Assembly: GCF_001194135.2 (NCBI RefSeq)
Contig: NC_068982.1
Coordinates: 41,370,717-41,434,716, forward strand
Source: Octopus bimaculoides
Lineage: Eukaryota
DNA: 64,000 nucleotides
Direction of reading: 5' to 3'
Made by a program: the position numbers and the translations under genes. Shown one piece after another: positions 13,074 through 25,821 of the stretch; positions within the stretch are counted from its first letter, which is position 1; each line of letters starts with the position of its first letter. The notes under the pieces were generated by a model. The model was not told the origin of the DNA. It ran no database searches and saw nothing but the letters and a program-made list of their open reading frames with translations.

Positions 13074-13997
13074 CTTTCTTACATACTGATGGAGATGGAA
13101 GACTCTGACATTGCTTTCAAAATATGAGCATCCTGATGTTCAATCAACTAAACAATTTTCTCATTGAATTAGCATACAAAATGGCTGAGTATTACTCACA
13201 TACATATAACCTTGATATACCTTCATTGCTAGAATCAGTGTGACACAAATGTGATAAGGCTGGACCTTTGAATTACAGGTACAATTCATCTAACGGCATT
13301 TTTACAGTTTCTGTTTATTCAAATTCACACACATGGTGTTGATCAACCCAAGGTTATCGTACACTTACTAAAATGCCACTCAGTGAGATTGAACCTGGAA
13401 ACTAATGATTGTGAAGTAAACTGTTTAACCACTTAGCCATATTTAACTCCTCAGCCTGCGTTCGTATATACACACATATACAAACACACTTTTTAAAGCA
13501 GAATGCTGAAAATTTTAATTAAACTCGAAGATATCTTGTTTCAGTCATTTGACTGTGGCCATGCTGGAGCACTACGTTGAAGGTTTTAATCAAAGGAATC
13601 AAATCTAGTACTTATTTTTTTAAAGCTTGGTACTTATTCTATCAGTCTGTTTTGTCGAACTGCTGAATTATAAGGACATAAGCAAACCAACACCGATTGT
13701 CAAGTGGTGGTGGCAACAAACACAAACACACACACACACACGCGCACACGCACACACATGCACACACACATACACACTAGGCTTCTTTCAGTTTCTGTCT
13801 ACCAAATTCACTCACAAGGTTTTGGTTGGTTCGGGGTGATAGTAGAAAACTTACCCAAGGTGCTATGCTGTGGGACTGAACCCAGAACCTTGTGATTGGG
13901 AAGCAAAATTCTTCAAAAACAAATGAAAGCCATCTATAATTTGGAAGATATAGTTTGCTGTGCTCAATTCAGATGACAGTACCCCACTCTCTCAGTG

Positions 13998-14317
13998 AAG
14001 GCATGTGGCTTAGTGGTTTGGATAATCGGTTCATGATCGTAAGGTCATGAATTCGATTCCTGGCAGTGCGTTGTGTCCTTGAGCAAGACACTTTATTTCC
14101 TGCTGCTCCAGTCTACTCAGCTGGCAGAAATGAGTTGTACCTGTAATTCAAAGGTCTGGCCTTGTCACATTCTGTGTCATGCTGAATCTCCCTGAGAACT
14201 ACATCAAGGATATGCATGTTTGTGGAGTGCTTGGCCACTTGCAGGTTAATTTCATGAACAGGCTGTTCCGCCAATTGGATCAACTGGAACCCTCATCATC
14301 ATAACTAACAGTGTCAT
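13998..14317 (+). mobile_element. tRNA-derived SINE family C
   Basis: tggcttagtgg (A box), ttcgattcc (B box), gtgtccttgagcaagacacttt core. Antisense copies at ~2045-2340 and ~51800-52080. Confidence 0.75.
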
Positions 14318-14388
14318 GCAAACCCTACTCGCCTGCATAAACTTTCTCTGCTGCTTTGTCAAAAGTAATTGATATTTTATCTTTACAG

Positions 14389-14736
14389 GATGGGTGTATC
14401 GACCGAATATTCGCCAACGTTTTGAAGGTACATTTAATGATATCCAAGTTGACAACAAACTGACAGAGTCAATCCTACCCAAAATAATCTGTGACCAAAA
14501 GCAACAAATCCCTCAGATGGCAGTAATACCCATTATTTATCCCCTTTCCAACAACACAATGACCCTAACTATGCCAGCTGAAGGATCAATTAACTCTAAT
14601 CCTGAACCCAACAACTTAGAAAATCCGATGCTCAATACTGAGTTTGTTTCTGCTAATAGTGTCCAAATGTGCCAAGATCAAATGTATTCTGATGTTTGTT
14701 CATGGGAATCCAGTTGGTCAAATCAAGATATTTCTG
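14389..14736 (+). CDS. SOX30: SoxH/SOX30-like, exon 2 (end of HMG box plus low-complexity region)
   Basis: Acceptor ctttacAG, donor GTaagt at 14737, phase 1-1, 348 bp. The splice gives DYP-G-WVYRPNIRQRFEG, completing the HMG box. Open to ...WSNQDIS. Confidence 0.9.
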
Positions 14737-14804
14737 GTAAGTTGATTCATGTAAACTGAGGAGAGGATTGTACTGATATGTATGGATATATGATGTTAAT
14801 TGAA

Positions 14805-15130
14805 GGCGGCTGGCTCAGTGGTTAGAGCGTCAGGCTCATAATCATGAGGTAGTGAGTTTGATTCCTGAACTGGGTTGTGTGTTGTGTTCTTGAGTAAGAC
14901 ACTTTATTTCACGTTACTTCGGTTCACTCAGCTGTAGAAATGAGTTGTAGCATCACTGGTGCCAAGATGTATCTGCTTTTGCCTTTCCCTTGGATAACAA
15001 CAGTGGCATGGAGAGGGGAGGCTGGTATGCATGAGTGGCTGCTGGTCTTCCATAAACAACCTTGCCCGGACTTGTGCCTGGGAGGGGGACTTTCTAGGTG
15101 CAATTCCATGGTCATTCATGACTGAAGGAG
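14805..15130 (+). mobile_element. SINE with a tRNA-Met-like head, family C core and a different 3' body
   Basis: ggctcagtggttagagcgtcaggCTCATAAtcatgaggtagtgagtttgattcc, followed by gttcttgagtaagacacttt; the 3' half is unlike 13998-14317. Confidence 0.65.
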
Positions 15131-16048
15131 ATCTTTCATGATGTTAATGGAGAATGAATGTTGGAGGGAAAAGGTCTCTATACTGATAGAGGAGTATACC
15201 TATGGCAGAGAAAGATTTAAGAGGTGAGGAAGAAGTAGTGAAGTTAGATCTAAGACTACTGGTCCTCACAAATGAGATGAGAAAAGACCTATATGGTAAA
15301 TCTGTTCAATCTATGCTAGTCTGGAAAGATGTTAGGACATTGATGTTGAGGTTAAAGATTATATATATCATCATCTATTTATATCTATAAAAGGCAGGAT
15401 GTGTGTGTGTGTGTACACGAATGAATTTATGCACATCCACAAATTAGCACGCATGTCGCTCCAATTTTAGGAGGACAATGGTCACAACCATGGCTGTGCT
15501 TTTGTCTGTCAGCTTATTTTTCTCGAGGCACTCGTGGATTGCGGTAAAAATCGATTTTCAACCATAACTTTCACCAATTTTGAATGTGTTTGTGTTTGAG
15601 AGAGAAAGAGGTGTGTGTGTGTGTGTGAGATGGAGAAAGAGAGAGTGACAGCATACATTTTTAAAATTTATTTTTCCTTGCATCTTTTTTGAGTGAGTGA
15701 GTGACAAAGAGAGAGAGAGAGAGAGANNNNNNNNNNNNNNNNNNNNNNNNNNNNNNNNNNNNNNNNNNNNNNNNNNNNNNNNNNNNNNNNNNNNNNNNNN
15801 NNNNNNNNNNNNNNNNNNNNNNNNNNNNNNNNNNNNNNNNNNNNNNNNNNNNNNNNNNNNNNNNNNNNNNNNNNNNNNNNNNNNNNNNNNNNNNNNNNNN
15901 NNNNNNNNNNNNNNNNNNNNNNNNNNNNNNNNNNNNNNNNNNNNNNNNNNNNNNNNNNNNNNNNNNNNNNNNNNNNNNNNNNNNNNNNNNNNNNNNNNNN
16001 NNNNNNNNNNNNNNNNNNNNNNNNNNNNNNNNNNNNNNNNNNNNNNNN

Positions 16049-16110
<62 letters not shown>

Positions 16111-16727
16111 CACTCACTCAAAAAAGATGCGAAGAGAAATAAATGAAAAAAATGTACGCTGTCACTCTCTCTCTCCCTCCCACACACACATCAACACCTC
16201 TCTCTCTCTCACACATACTTTCTATCTCGCACCCTACCATCAACATATACACACGTCCCTGTCATTTTCTCTCTCTTTCACTTTATGCTGACGTCAAACG
16301 AAATGTACATTTCCAGTTCAAAAAATTTACCAAATGCTGTACCTTAACAGCTGATAGATCATTGACAACTCTGTGACTCAAAACAAAGGATAGCCCTCGC
16401 TGAAACTTTTCTCCTGCCACAAAATCTTCGATGATATAATGATACCAGAAATAAATCACTGCTTTAATCCCCACCTCAAAAAAACCTACCATCCAATGAA
16501 TGGACTGTGCTAAGCTCTACTGTCAGCTTTGGCATGGTTTCTATGACTGAATGTCTTCCCTAACACCAACGACTTTACAGAGAGTACTGGGTGCAAGTAA
16601 CTCGCATGACAAGATCCTTCAACTGAGCGAGGAATAGGGGTGGCTTTGTGCTCGGTAATGAGATGTTAGAGTATGATAGAGGGACTAAAACAAGTGTGTT
16701 GCTGTAGTGGAGATTCATAGCTACTCC

Positions 16728-16763
<36 letters not shown>

Positions 16764-18077
16764 CTATGTGTGTGTGTGTAATCATTATTGTCATTGTACA
16801 TTTGCTTTCTAGTTTGGTATGGTTTCTAAGCTCTTCCTAATCCATACTGCTTTACAGAGTGTACTGGGTATATTTTTTCATGGTACCCACGTAGGAGAGG
16901 TTATCATCATTGTCATCTTTTAATGCTCATTGTTCCATTCTTGCATGGGTCAAATAGAATTTATTGAGTTGATTGGTGTTAGGAATGGAATCCAGCCATA
17001 AAAACCCTGCCAAAGCAAACAGCGAAGCCTGGTGCAGTCTTCTGCTTAGCCAGCCCCAGTCAAACCATCCAACCCATACCAGCATGGAAAATGGTTGTTA
17101 AATGATGATGACGATGATGATGTCTGTGGCCAGATGCTCTTTCTGTCATCAACCCTAATGTGTTTCCAAGCAAGATAATATTTCCCTGTGGTTAGACATG
17201 TTTTCACAGAATATCGGAAATGAATGACACTGCTTGTATGACAGTGACACCCATTTACAACTATCATGCAATGTCAAGACAAGGGTATACACAAACAGAC
17301 ACATATGTATTCATACAAACATATATACATACATACATACCTGTATCCCCCTCATACAATGTGCATGCATGCATGTGTGTGTGTGTGTGTGTGTTGAAAC
17401 AAGCTAATTTTATTTCCTGAAAACAACTGTTACTGTTTCTGTTGTCAGTGTTGTTTCAAGGATAAGCTGCCAAATTCCGAACCATTCTGGGTCGATTAGA
17501 TACCTGTACCCCAGTTGCAACTCCCTCTCTCCTTTCTGTTTAGGTTTTGCCAATGAGGAAATTTGAGGTCAGCAATACAATCCAATAAAATATACGTCAG
17601 TTATACAGTCTCCCCACCATCTTTATGAAGAGAGAGGAGTCTTCAAGATGGCCAAATTGATAGAGTACTGGACAACCAGATGAGAGGTTTGTGGTTTGTA
17701 TCCTATCACTAGCACAACACAGTGTCCATAGCTAGCAGAGACACTTAACTCTCAAATGTTTCAGTCCACCCAACTATATAGAGATACTGCAAGGTGGGAC
17801 ACTGTTGTTATCAGCTATGTAGCACTGTAAAATTGATGAATGTGTGATTAGCTAAAAGAGTAGCAAGTTTAGTTCTTGAGATTACAGCAGGCATGGGGAA
17901 CCTTCTTGTAAGAAACAGGCCACATAAGACATGGCTTATCATTAGGGGGACCACACTACTGAAAAAAATTAATAAAAAATTTCGTTAGGCCTACCAGTCA
18001 CAAAAGTCCTGAGGGCTGCAGTTTGCCCATGACTGGATCTACAGCTTGGAGAAGGACTAGCTCTGCTAAGCTGACAA

Positions 18078-18297
18078 CCCTTTAGCGTTTAAACAGGCTG
18101 TATCAGACCCAAATATTCTAGCTGTTTTGTGTTCAAACTGGCCAAATCCAATCTCTCACACCTATCTGACAATGTCATTCTAAAAATAAAGAATCACATC
18201 ATTGAAATCTTGAAGTTATGAGATGATGCATGATTAATTCAAAAGAAAGAGTATAAATATACATGACATTTGACAGAGTAATCTGAATGCTAAAAGG
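18078..18297. mobile_element. piggyBac-type MITE (family 1)
   Basis: Ends CCCTTTAGC...GCTAAAAGG ttaa. Same body as the copies at 30283-30511, 43776-43996, 58337-59462 and the partial copy at 3980-4146. Confidence 0.7.
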
Positions 18298-18858
18298 TTA
18301 ACCTAAAAACATCACACGAAGCCAAAGTCTTCAAGCAGTGATACTAATGACCAAATGGAGTTATGAAACTCACCACTTCTGGTAAGAGTAATAAACTCCT
18401 TATCACTTTGATATCCTTTTCATCTAGAAATTACAATTTGAATGGATGAATGTTTGCTTTGTATCATTAGTGACATTAAATAGTCAAACTGGTGCATCTG
18501 TTGCACAGAGTTCATTATTGATACTGTTGCTGCTATTACTATTTCAACAGCTGCAAAACATTTGTAAATTTGGTACTTTAGAGTGAGTAGCATTTAGCAG
18601 ATGAAGTTACAAATCAGTCTATGAATAAGATTCCAAAACGTGACAAACAATATTTCCATAAGGTCTGTCTATTTGCTGCTGGATGAATTATTGGTTGGAA
18701 TGTAGAACAACATGTTCCACCCTGTGATACAATAAGTGAGTTTATGTTCTGCGTGTGACATGAACCCATGACCTGTAAGTTAAGATCTACAGTTATTTCA
18801 CCTCCGTACTACTACTGTTGCTAACCTTTAAATGTATCAAAACTTTACCAGTTTATTC

Positions 18859-18926
18859 TTAGTATTAGTAATAATACACTGGTTAGATTTAATTAGTATT
18901 AGTAATAATACACTGGTTAGATTTAA
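18859..18926. repeat. Perfect 34-bp tandem duplication
   Basis: ttagtattagtaataatacactggttagatttaa x2. Confidence 0.9.
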
Positions 18927-20472
18927 GTCATTATATATTTCTATCTTTTTTTAAATTTATTTTTTTACTTGTTTCAGTTATTGAACCTGCAGTGTTGCTG
19001 GGGCACCACCTCAAAGGGTTTAGTCAAACTAACTGACCCCAGTACTTGTTTATAAGCCTGAAACTTATTCTTTCAGTTTCTTTTGTTTGAATTGCTAAGT
19101 TGTGGAAATGTAAACAAAACACCACCGGTTGTGAAGCAGTGGTGGAGGACAAACACAAACACATGGTACTCTTTGACTCAGGAGCTATAGTAGAAAACAC
19201 TTGACCCAGGTGCTGTGCAGTGGGGCTGAACCCGAAATCAGGTTGCAAAGCGAGTTTCTTAACCACACAGCCTTGTTCACTCCTATGTTAAATTAAATGA
19301 AATTAATATTTTTTTAAAAAGGATTTCTCCTGTTCTTCTTTCCTGATTTATGAACATTTCCCTGTTTTTGTTGTGATTTCCTTCTTAAACAACTAACTAT
19401 CCTTTAATCTTAGAGATTTCTTTAAGCTTAGAAAGCAGTTTGGAAGAAAACAGAAGGTAATATATTATACCATGAAATAAAGTAGGAACTTATGTATTGG
19501 GTAGGATTTTTTCCTTGGGTAAGAAGATATCAATGATAAATTTCTTGAGTAAAATGTTCCAAACATTAATCACAGATTTTGCATTATATTCTCATGCCTC
19601 TTTGCTTTAATCATAAGTTAATCCTCTCATAACCAACAATAGTTCATGAAGGTTGCTCTATAAGCATGGTTACCAGATGAAAAGAAAGCTAATCTTTCTT
19701 TGCATATGATGCTGGATCTCACCAGATAATTTTCTCAGAAGCTAAACTGGCATATATAGAAGCATGTGTTTTGTCAAGAAATACATCAAAATACCATGAC
19801 CCAAGAGGTGCAAGCCATAATTCTTATACGTGTAAAGTGTATATAATTTTTATACATGTACAGTGCAAAATAAATGGGAAATGTTAAGTAAATTGGTGGC
19901 TTACAGTTCTTAAATAAAATCTTATCCATGCTTGGTCAAGATTTGTGAAATAAGATCCATTGCTAGTTCATCTTCCCACAGTTAATGTTACTAATTTTTA
20001 AATATATTGAAAACTTTCTGTGTTTATTATTAGTTGTAGTGGCTGTGTGATGCAGGCATGGCTGTGTGGCAATAAGTTTACTTTCCAGTCATGGAATGAA
20101 TTTGCCAGCCAGAAAGAAGGCTATCGTATACATACATGCATGCATGCATACATACATACACGTATGTTTGTTTGTGTATTTGTGTCTCTTTGTCTTGACA
20201 TAGCATGATAATTGTAAAATGATTGTCACAGTTATATAAGCAGTGTCACTTGTTTCTGGTATTCTGTGGGAACTTGTCTGGTAATGGAGAATTATTACCT
20301 TGCTTGGCAACAGGTGGTTTGTGGCAGGAAAGGCATCAGTCCATAAAAATCAACCTCAGTAAACTCCACCTAACCCATGCAAGCATAAAAAACTGGATGT
20401 TAAAGTGATGATAATGATGACGATAGCCAATATTTTATTAATTTGACTCCTTTTCTCTCTACATAATTTTAG

Positions 20473-20712
20473 CAAGCAGTTATATTTCTCCTTGGACAAA
20501 CCTAAGAAGTGTAGTGTCATATTCCACAGCTGAGACGTCTCAAGGTCTTCAGTATAGCACTAAATATATGCTAAGTTCTGCTGCAACTCTCAATGCAAAC
20601 TGCTACAGTCCTGCCTTATTAAATGACCAAATTCAGTCTAATCCTCCTGAATATTGGCCACTCGAGGAACAGTATAAAACTCAGCAAACTTCTTCAATGG
20701 ATTCATTTCAAG
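20473..20712 (+). CDS. SOX30: SoxH/SOX30-like, exon 3
   Basis: Long pyrimidine tract plus ttttAG at 20471-20472, donor GTaagc at 20713, phase 1-1, 240 bp, open frame ASSYISPWTNLRSVVSYSTAETSQG...SMDSFQ. Linked by phase compatibility only. Confidence 0.75.
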
Positions 20713-20975
20713 GTAAGCAATTAGCAATATTTTCATGCAACATCTTCGGATCAATTCATAATTCTTTTGTGATTTAACTAAAATATAACCCAGATGGTCT
20801 CAATATATTTATGTGTGTGTGTATCTCAAACAAAATCACACTGGGTCCATTATGCAAATTTAGGCCTTTGATAAGATAATTTTTTTCTCTGACACTCACT
20901 ACTATAGACTAATTTTAATCCAGACAGTCTCTTCTCCCTATCTTTACTTCATTATAATAATAATATTTACATATA

Positions 20976-21580
20976 GGTGCAGGAGTGGCTGTGTGGTAAG
21001 TAGCTTGCTTACCAACCACATGGTTCCGGGTTCAGTCCCACTTCATGGCACCTTGGGCAAGTGTCTTCTACTATAGCCTCGGGCCGACCAAAGCCTTGTG
21101 AGTGGATTTGGTAGACAGAAACTGAAAGAAGCCCATCGTATATATGTGTGTGTGTGTGTGTGTATATGTTTGTGTGTCTGTGTTTGTCCCCCCCAACTTC
21201 GCTTGACAACCGATGCTGGTGTGTTTACATCCCCGTAACTTAGTGNNNNNNNNNNGCACCTTGGGCAAGTGTCTTCTACTATAGCCTCGGGCCGACCAAA
21301 GCCTTGTGAGTGGATTTGGTAGACAGAAACTGAAAGAAGCCCATCGTATATATGTGTGTGTGTGTGTGTGTATATGTTTGTGTGTCTGTGTTTGTCCCCC
21401 CCAACTTCGCTTGACAACCGATGCTGGTGTGTTTACATCCCCGTAACTTAGTGGTTCAGCAAAAAGAGACCAATAGAATAAGTACTAAGCTTACAAAGAA
21501 TAAGTCCTGGGGTCGATTTGCTTGACTAAAGGCGGTTCCCAAGCATGGCCACAGTCAAATGACTGAAACAAGTAAAAAAG
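20976..21580 (+). mobile_element. SINE family A (contains an assembly-duplicated segment around a 10-N gap)
   Basis: Same consensus as 4308-4705; the ~200 bp on either side of N 21246-21255 are identical. Confidence 0.85.
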
Positions 21581-21850
21581 AGAATAAAAGAGATAAACAT
21601 TATAATTATTACTTGTACTGTAATGTTTTGCAGTATGCTGCTAGATTGCTTTAAATATTGATTTCAAATTTTAGCTCAAGGCCAGTAATTTCTGGGGAGG
21701 GGTAAGTTGATTACATCGAACCCCAGTGCTCAACTGGTACTTATTTTATTGATCCCAAAAAGATAAAAGGCAAAGTCAATCTTGGTAGAATTTGAACCCA
21801 GAAAGTAAAGATATATGACATGCTACTAAGCAGTTTTCCCAGCGTGCTAA

Positions 21851-21920
21851 TGCTTTGAATATCACATGCTTTGAATATCACATGCTTTGAATATCACATG
21901 CTTTGAATATCACATGCTTT
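21851..21920. repeat. 16-bp minisatellite, 4.4 perfect copies
   Basis: (tgctttgaatatcaca)x4 plus tgcttt. Confidence 0.95.
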
Positions 21921-24651
21921 AATGTACTAAATATGTGCTGCAGAAATTGAAGTGCATTTCATTTGCCCATTCGTCTTTTATGCCATCAAATATTGTATGA
22001 GAAATCAAAACTGCTTTGGTGTAAAACTAGGAATAATTCTTTTCTTTTATTCTTTTACTTGAAGGATTTTAGTCAAACAAATTGACCCCAGGATTTATTT
22101 CCTAAGCCTAGTACTTATTCTATTGGTCTCTTTTGCAGAACCACTAAGTTATAGGGATGTAAACACACCAACACCAGTTGTCAAGTGGTGATGGACAAAC
22201 AAACACAGACACAAAAACACACACACACACACATAGATATATACATATATAGCTACACCAGGTTCCAGTCTGATTTGGTATGGTTTCTACAGCTGGATAC
22301 CCTTCCTAATGCCAGCCACTCTAGGAATGTAATGTATGCTTTTACGTTCCACCGACACAGGTACCATTTACATGACACTGCCAATGGCCACGACTATGAT
22401 GCACAGGTGCCATTTACGTGGCACTAGTAGCAACTATGACTCCAATTCATGGGTGGCATTTACATGGTACTGACAATGACCACGACTACAATTCATCATC
22501 ATCATCATCGTTTAATGTCTGCCTTCCATGCTGGCATGGATGGGATGGTTTGACAGGAGCTGCACCAAACTTTTGTAACTGTTTTGGCAGACTTTTTACA
22601 GCTGGATGCCCTTCCTAACACCAACCACCCAGCAGAGTGGACTGGATGCTGGGCACCTGCACTGACAAGGTCACCAAGAAACCTGCGAGGCAAAAATCTT
22701 TTGAGAGGGGAGGGAGCATTGGAGGAGGTGATCTTCTGATTCCCTTTACAAATCCTCCTGAAATCACTTTACCTTCCAAAAATATTAAAATAAATAGCAC
22801 TGCAGTACTGATGACATGACTAAATCCTTCACCTAAAATTTGTGGCTTTGTTCTAAAGATAAAAATGATTTTTTAATTGGTAAGGTGATGGAATAGCAGA
22901 AACAGTACTGTGAAATTGAATACCTAGTGGTATTTCTTTACATCCCTTTCTGTTTTACATTTAAACCCTAGTAGAGGTTAAGTTTGTCTTTTATACTAAT
23001 GATACACAGTGTGCTCCAGATGGACCACAAGGGATCCATACCAAAGTTTTTGGTGGTCAAAGGTGAGTTTTATGTCTTGCATAATGCATTATTGTCATCA
23101 TTGTTTAACATTCACTTTTCCCTGTTCATATGGGTTGGATGGAATTTGTTTGGTTGCATTTTCTATGGTTGGATGCTCTTCCTGTTGCCAACCCTCACTT
23201 ATTTTCAAGTAAGGTGATATTTTCCCATGACAAGACATGTCTCAGAAAACTGGAAATGAAAGACACCACTTGCATGACAGTGACACTTGTTTACAACTAT
23301 CGCACAATATCAAGGAAAGATGACAATAACACATGCATGCATGCATACACACGCACATGCACACGCGCACGCACGCACGCACACACACACACAACAGACT
23401 TCTTTCAGTTTCTTTCTGTCAAATCTACTCACAAGGTTCTTGTCAGCCCAGGGCTATAGTTGAAGACATTCATCCAAGGTACCACACAGTGGAACTGATT
23501 CTGAAACCATGTGATTGTAATTGGAAAGCAAACTCCCTGTCACACAGCCACACCTGTGCCTGTTTAATACAGTTTAATATAAATTTATATTTGATGGGCC
23601 ATGAAGTTTTCATCATTAATTTTGTGGATCACCCTCTGAAAAAGGATGCATGATACTGGTTTTTGCCTCCAATTCCAATATAGTGAATGATACAAGTTAA
23701 AAACAGCATTTTTTCAAAAAATATGTAACATTGTACAATAGTTAGCAATTATATTTCAATTCTTTTGTGACTATATTTCTGATGAATAGACTGTTTTGAT
23801 TAATTTTTAATATAATGAAATTTGGGAAGAGTTTTGTAAACTATCTGTAATTCTTTATAATAGTATATTATTTTAGTATTGACAAATTGAAATCTCAAGA
23901 TATAATTCATATTATAACAAGCTTTGGTGTGGTAGGTCTCAGATGAGTTGGAATTAAAAAGGTTAAAACCTCTCCAGTTTCATTTTTTCAACATTTCTGT
24001 TACATATTGTAGAGAAATAAATCGAAGAGATTCTTCTTAGTTTCTCTTTTGTCTTTCTTTCTTTCACTCATTCTCTTCTGTTATGTAACAAAGATGATGA
24101 ACATTACAGAACAATGGGGCCAAGTCTATAAACCAGTTATTTTTATTGATTGATTACAGAGCAGTGGATTGGTGGAATTGTTGATGTATCAGAAAAAATG
24201 CTTTGTGCTTAGTAGTAATTTTTCTGGCTCTTTACTTTCTGAGTTCATAACCAGCCATGTTTAACTTTGCCTTTCATTCTTTCAGAGTTGATAAAATAAA
24301 GTACTAATCAGGTACTGGGAGTTAATATAATAGATTCTTAGAAACCATGTCAAAACTATGTCATAGAAACCATGTCAAAACAGACAACTGGAGTCCGGTG
24401 CAGCTCTACGACAGGACAGCTCCTGTCAAACTATCCAGTGCATGTCAACATGGGAAACAGATGTTAAATGATAATGATGGTGATGATAGTATTGATTAAC
24501 TGGTGGTGGTGATGATGATGATGTAGTCAAAGTCTGTTAAACTTTATTGAATTTCCCAGTTGCTAAACATTTGGGATCTCTGTTATGAATTGGGTTGCAA
24601 GGCTATCACATACCTTGAGAAATGCAAGAGTGTCACAATTTACTCTTTCCC

Positions 24652-25082
24652 AAGGCAGCGAACTGCCAGAAACATTAGCACACTGGGCGAAATGCTTTGC
24701 GGTATTTCGTCTGTCTTTATGTTCCACCAAGGTCGACTTTGCCTTTCATCTTTTCGGAGTCGATAAATTAAGTACCAGTTGCATACTGGGGTAGATCTAA
24801 TCGACTAGCCCCCTCCCCAAAAATTTCAGGCCTTGTGCCTAGAGTAGAAAAGAATATTCCAAAACGATAAGGCGGCGAGCTGGCAGAAACGTTAGCATAC
24901 CGGGCGAAATGCTTAATGGTATTTCGTCTGTCTTTACATTCTGAGTTCAAATCTCACTGAGGTCAACTTTGCCTTTCATCCTTTCGGGGTCGATAAATTA
25001 AGTACCAGTTGTGTAGGGGTTGATCTAATTGACTGCCCCTTCCTCCAAAATTTTGGGCCTTGTTCCTAGAGTAGAAAAGAAT
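24652..25082 (+). mobile_element. Head-to-tail pair of tRNA-derived SINE family B
   Basis: Two units (24652-24855, 24868-25082): aaggcggcgagctggcagaaacgttagc...gtcgactttgcctttcatcctttcggggtcgataaattaagtaccag...ggccttgt.cctagagtagaaaagaat. Confidence 0.85.
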
Positions 25083-25179
25083 ATATTCTTTCTTGTACCA
25101 CAAGCTTTATTCCCTTTGCCTGCCTAACAAATCAGTAACTGCATATTAAATTCCAATGTTCTCATACTTATAATTTATC

Positions 25180-25572
25180 TTTTACTTTTTACTTAGTTCA
25201 GTCATTGGACTGTGACCATGCTAGGACATTGTCCTTGAAGGGTTTTATTCGAGTGAATGAACTCCAGTACTTATTTTTCTTTTAAACCTAGAACTTATTC
25301 TATCTGTCACTTATGCTAAACTGCTATGTCATTGGGATGCAAACAAACCAACACCAGTTGTCTTGTGGTGGTGGAGGACAAATACAAACACAAAGACACC
25401 CCCCCATACACACACATACAATAGGCTTCTTTCAGTTTCCGTCGACCAAATCTACTCACAAGGCATTAGTCGGACCAGGGCTATAGTAGAAGACACTTGT
25501 CCAAGATGCCACACGGTAGGACTGAACCTAGAACCATGTGGTTGGAAAGAAAACTTCTTACCACACAGCCAC
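25180..25572 (-). mobile_element. SINE family A, antisense, ending ~27 bp before the SoxH exon 4 acceptor
   Basis: Reverse complement of the family A consensus. Confidence 0.75.
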
Positions 25573-25599
25573 AACATATTTTTTTCTTTTCTCTTGCAG

Positions 25600-25821
25600 A
25601 CCTTTCCAGTTTATCAACTACTCTAAAAACTGACGAAAGCAGTGAATCAAATGAAAATTTATCCTTTCTTGAATATATGCATGGTCAGGAATACCTCTTC
25701 AATTCAACAATGCCAGTTTCTGAGGAACCATTTATCTCCCCTGATAAGCTGTCTCCTATCTTACATAAGTGTTCTGACCAAAGTATATTGGAAATTCCTG
25801 AAAGCTATTCAAATTCAAAAG
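25600..25821 (+). CDS. SOX30: SoxH/SOX30-like, exon 4
   Basis: Acceptor ttttctcttgcAG, donor GTaat at 25822, phase 1-1, 222 bp, open frame DLSSLSTTLKTDESSESNENLSFLEY...SYSNSK. Confidence 0.75.

Noticed and set aside
14805-14880. tRNA-Met gene
   Set aside because: No acceptor stem; continues directly into a SINE core, so it is a SINE head.
19414-19456. Possible 43-bp SoxH exon (tAG...GTaat)
   Set aside because: Length breaks the phase 1-1 frame between exons 2 and 3; no homology support.
21046-21452. Apparent tandem duplication of ~200 bp inside a SINE
   Set aside because: Exact copies flanking a 10-N gap; assembly artefact.
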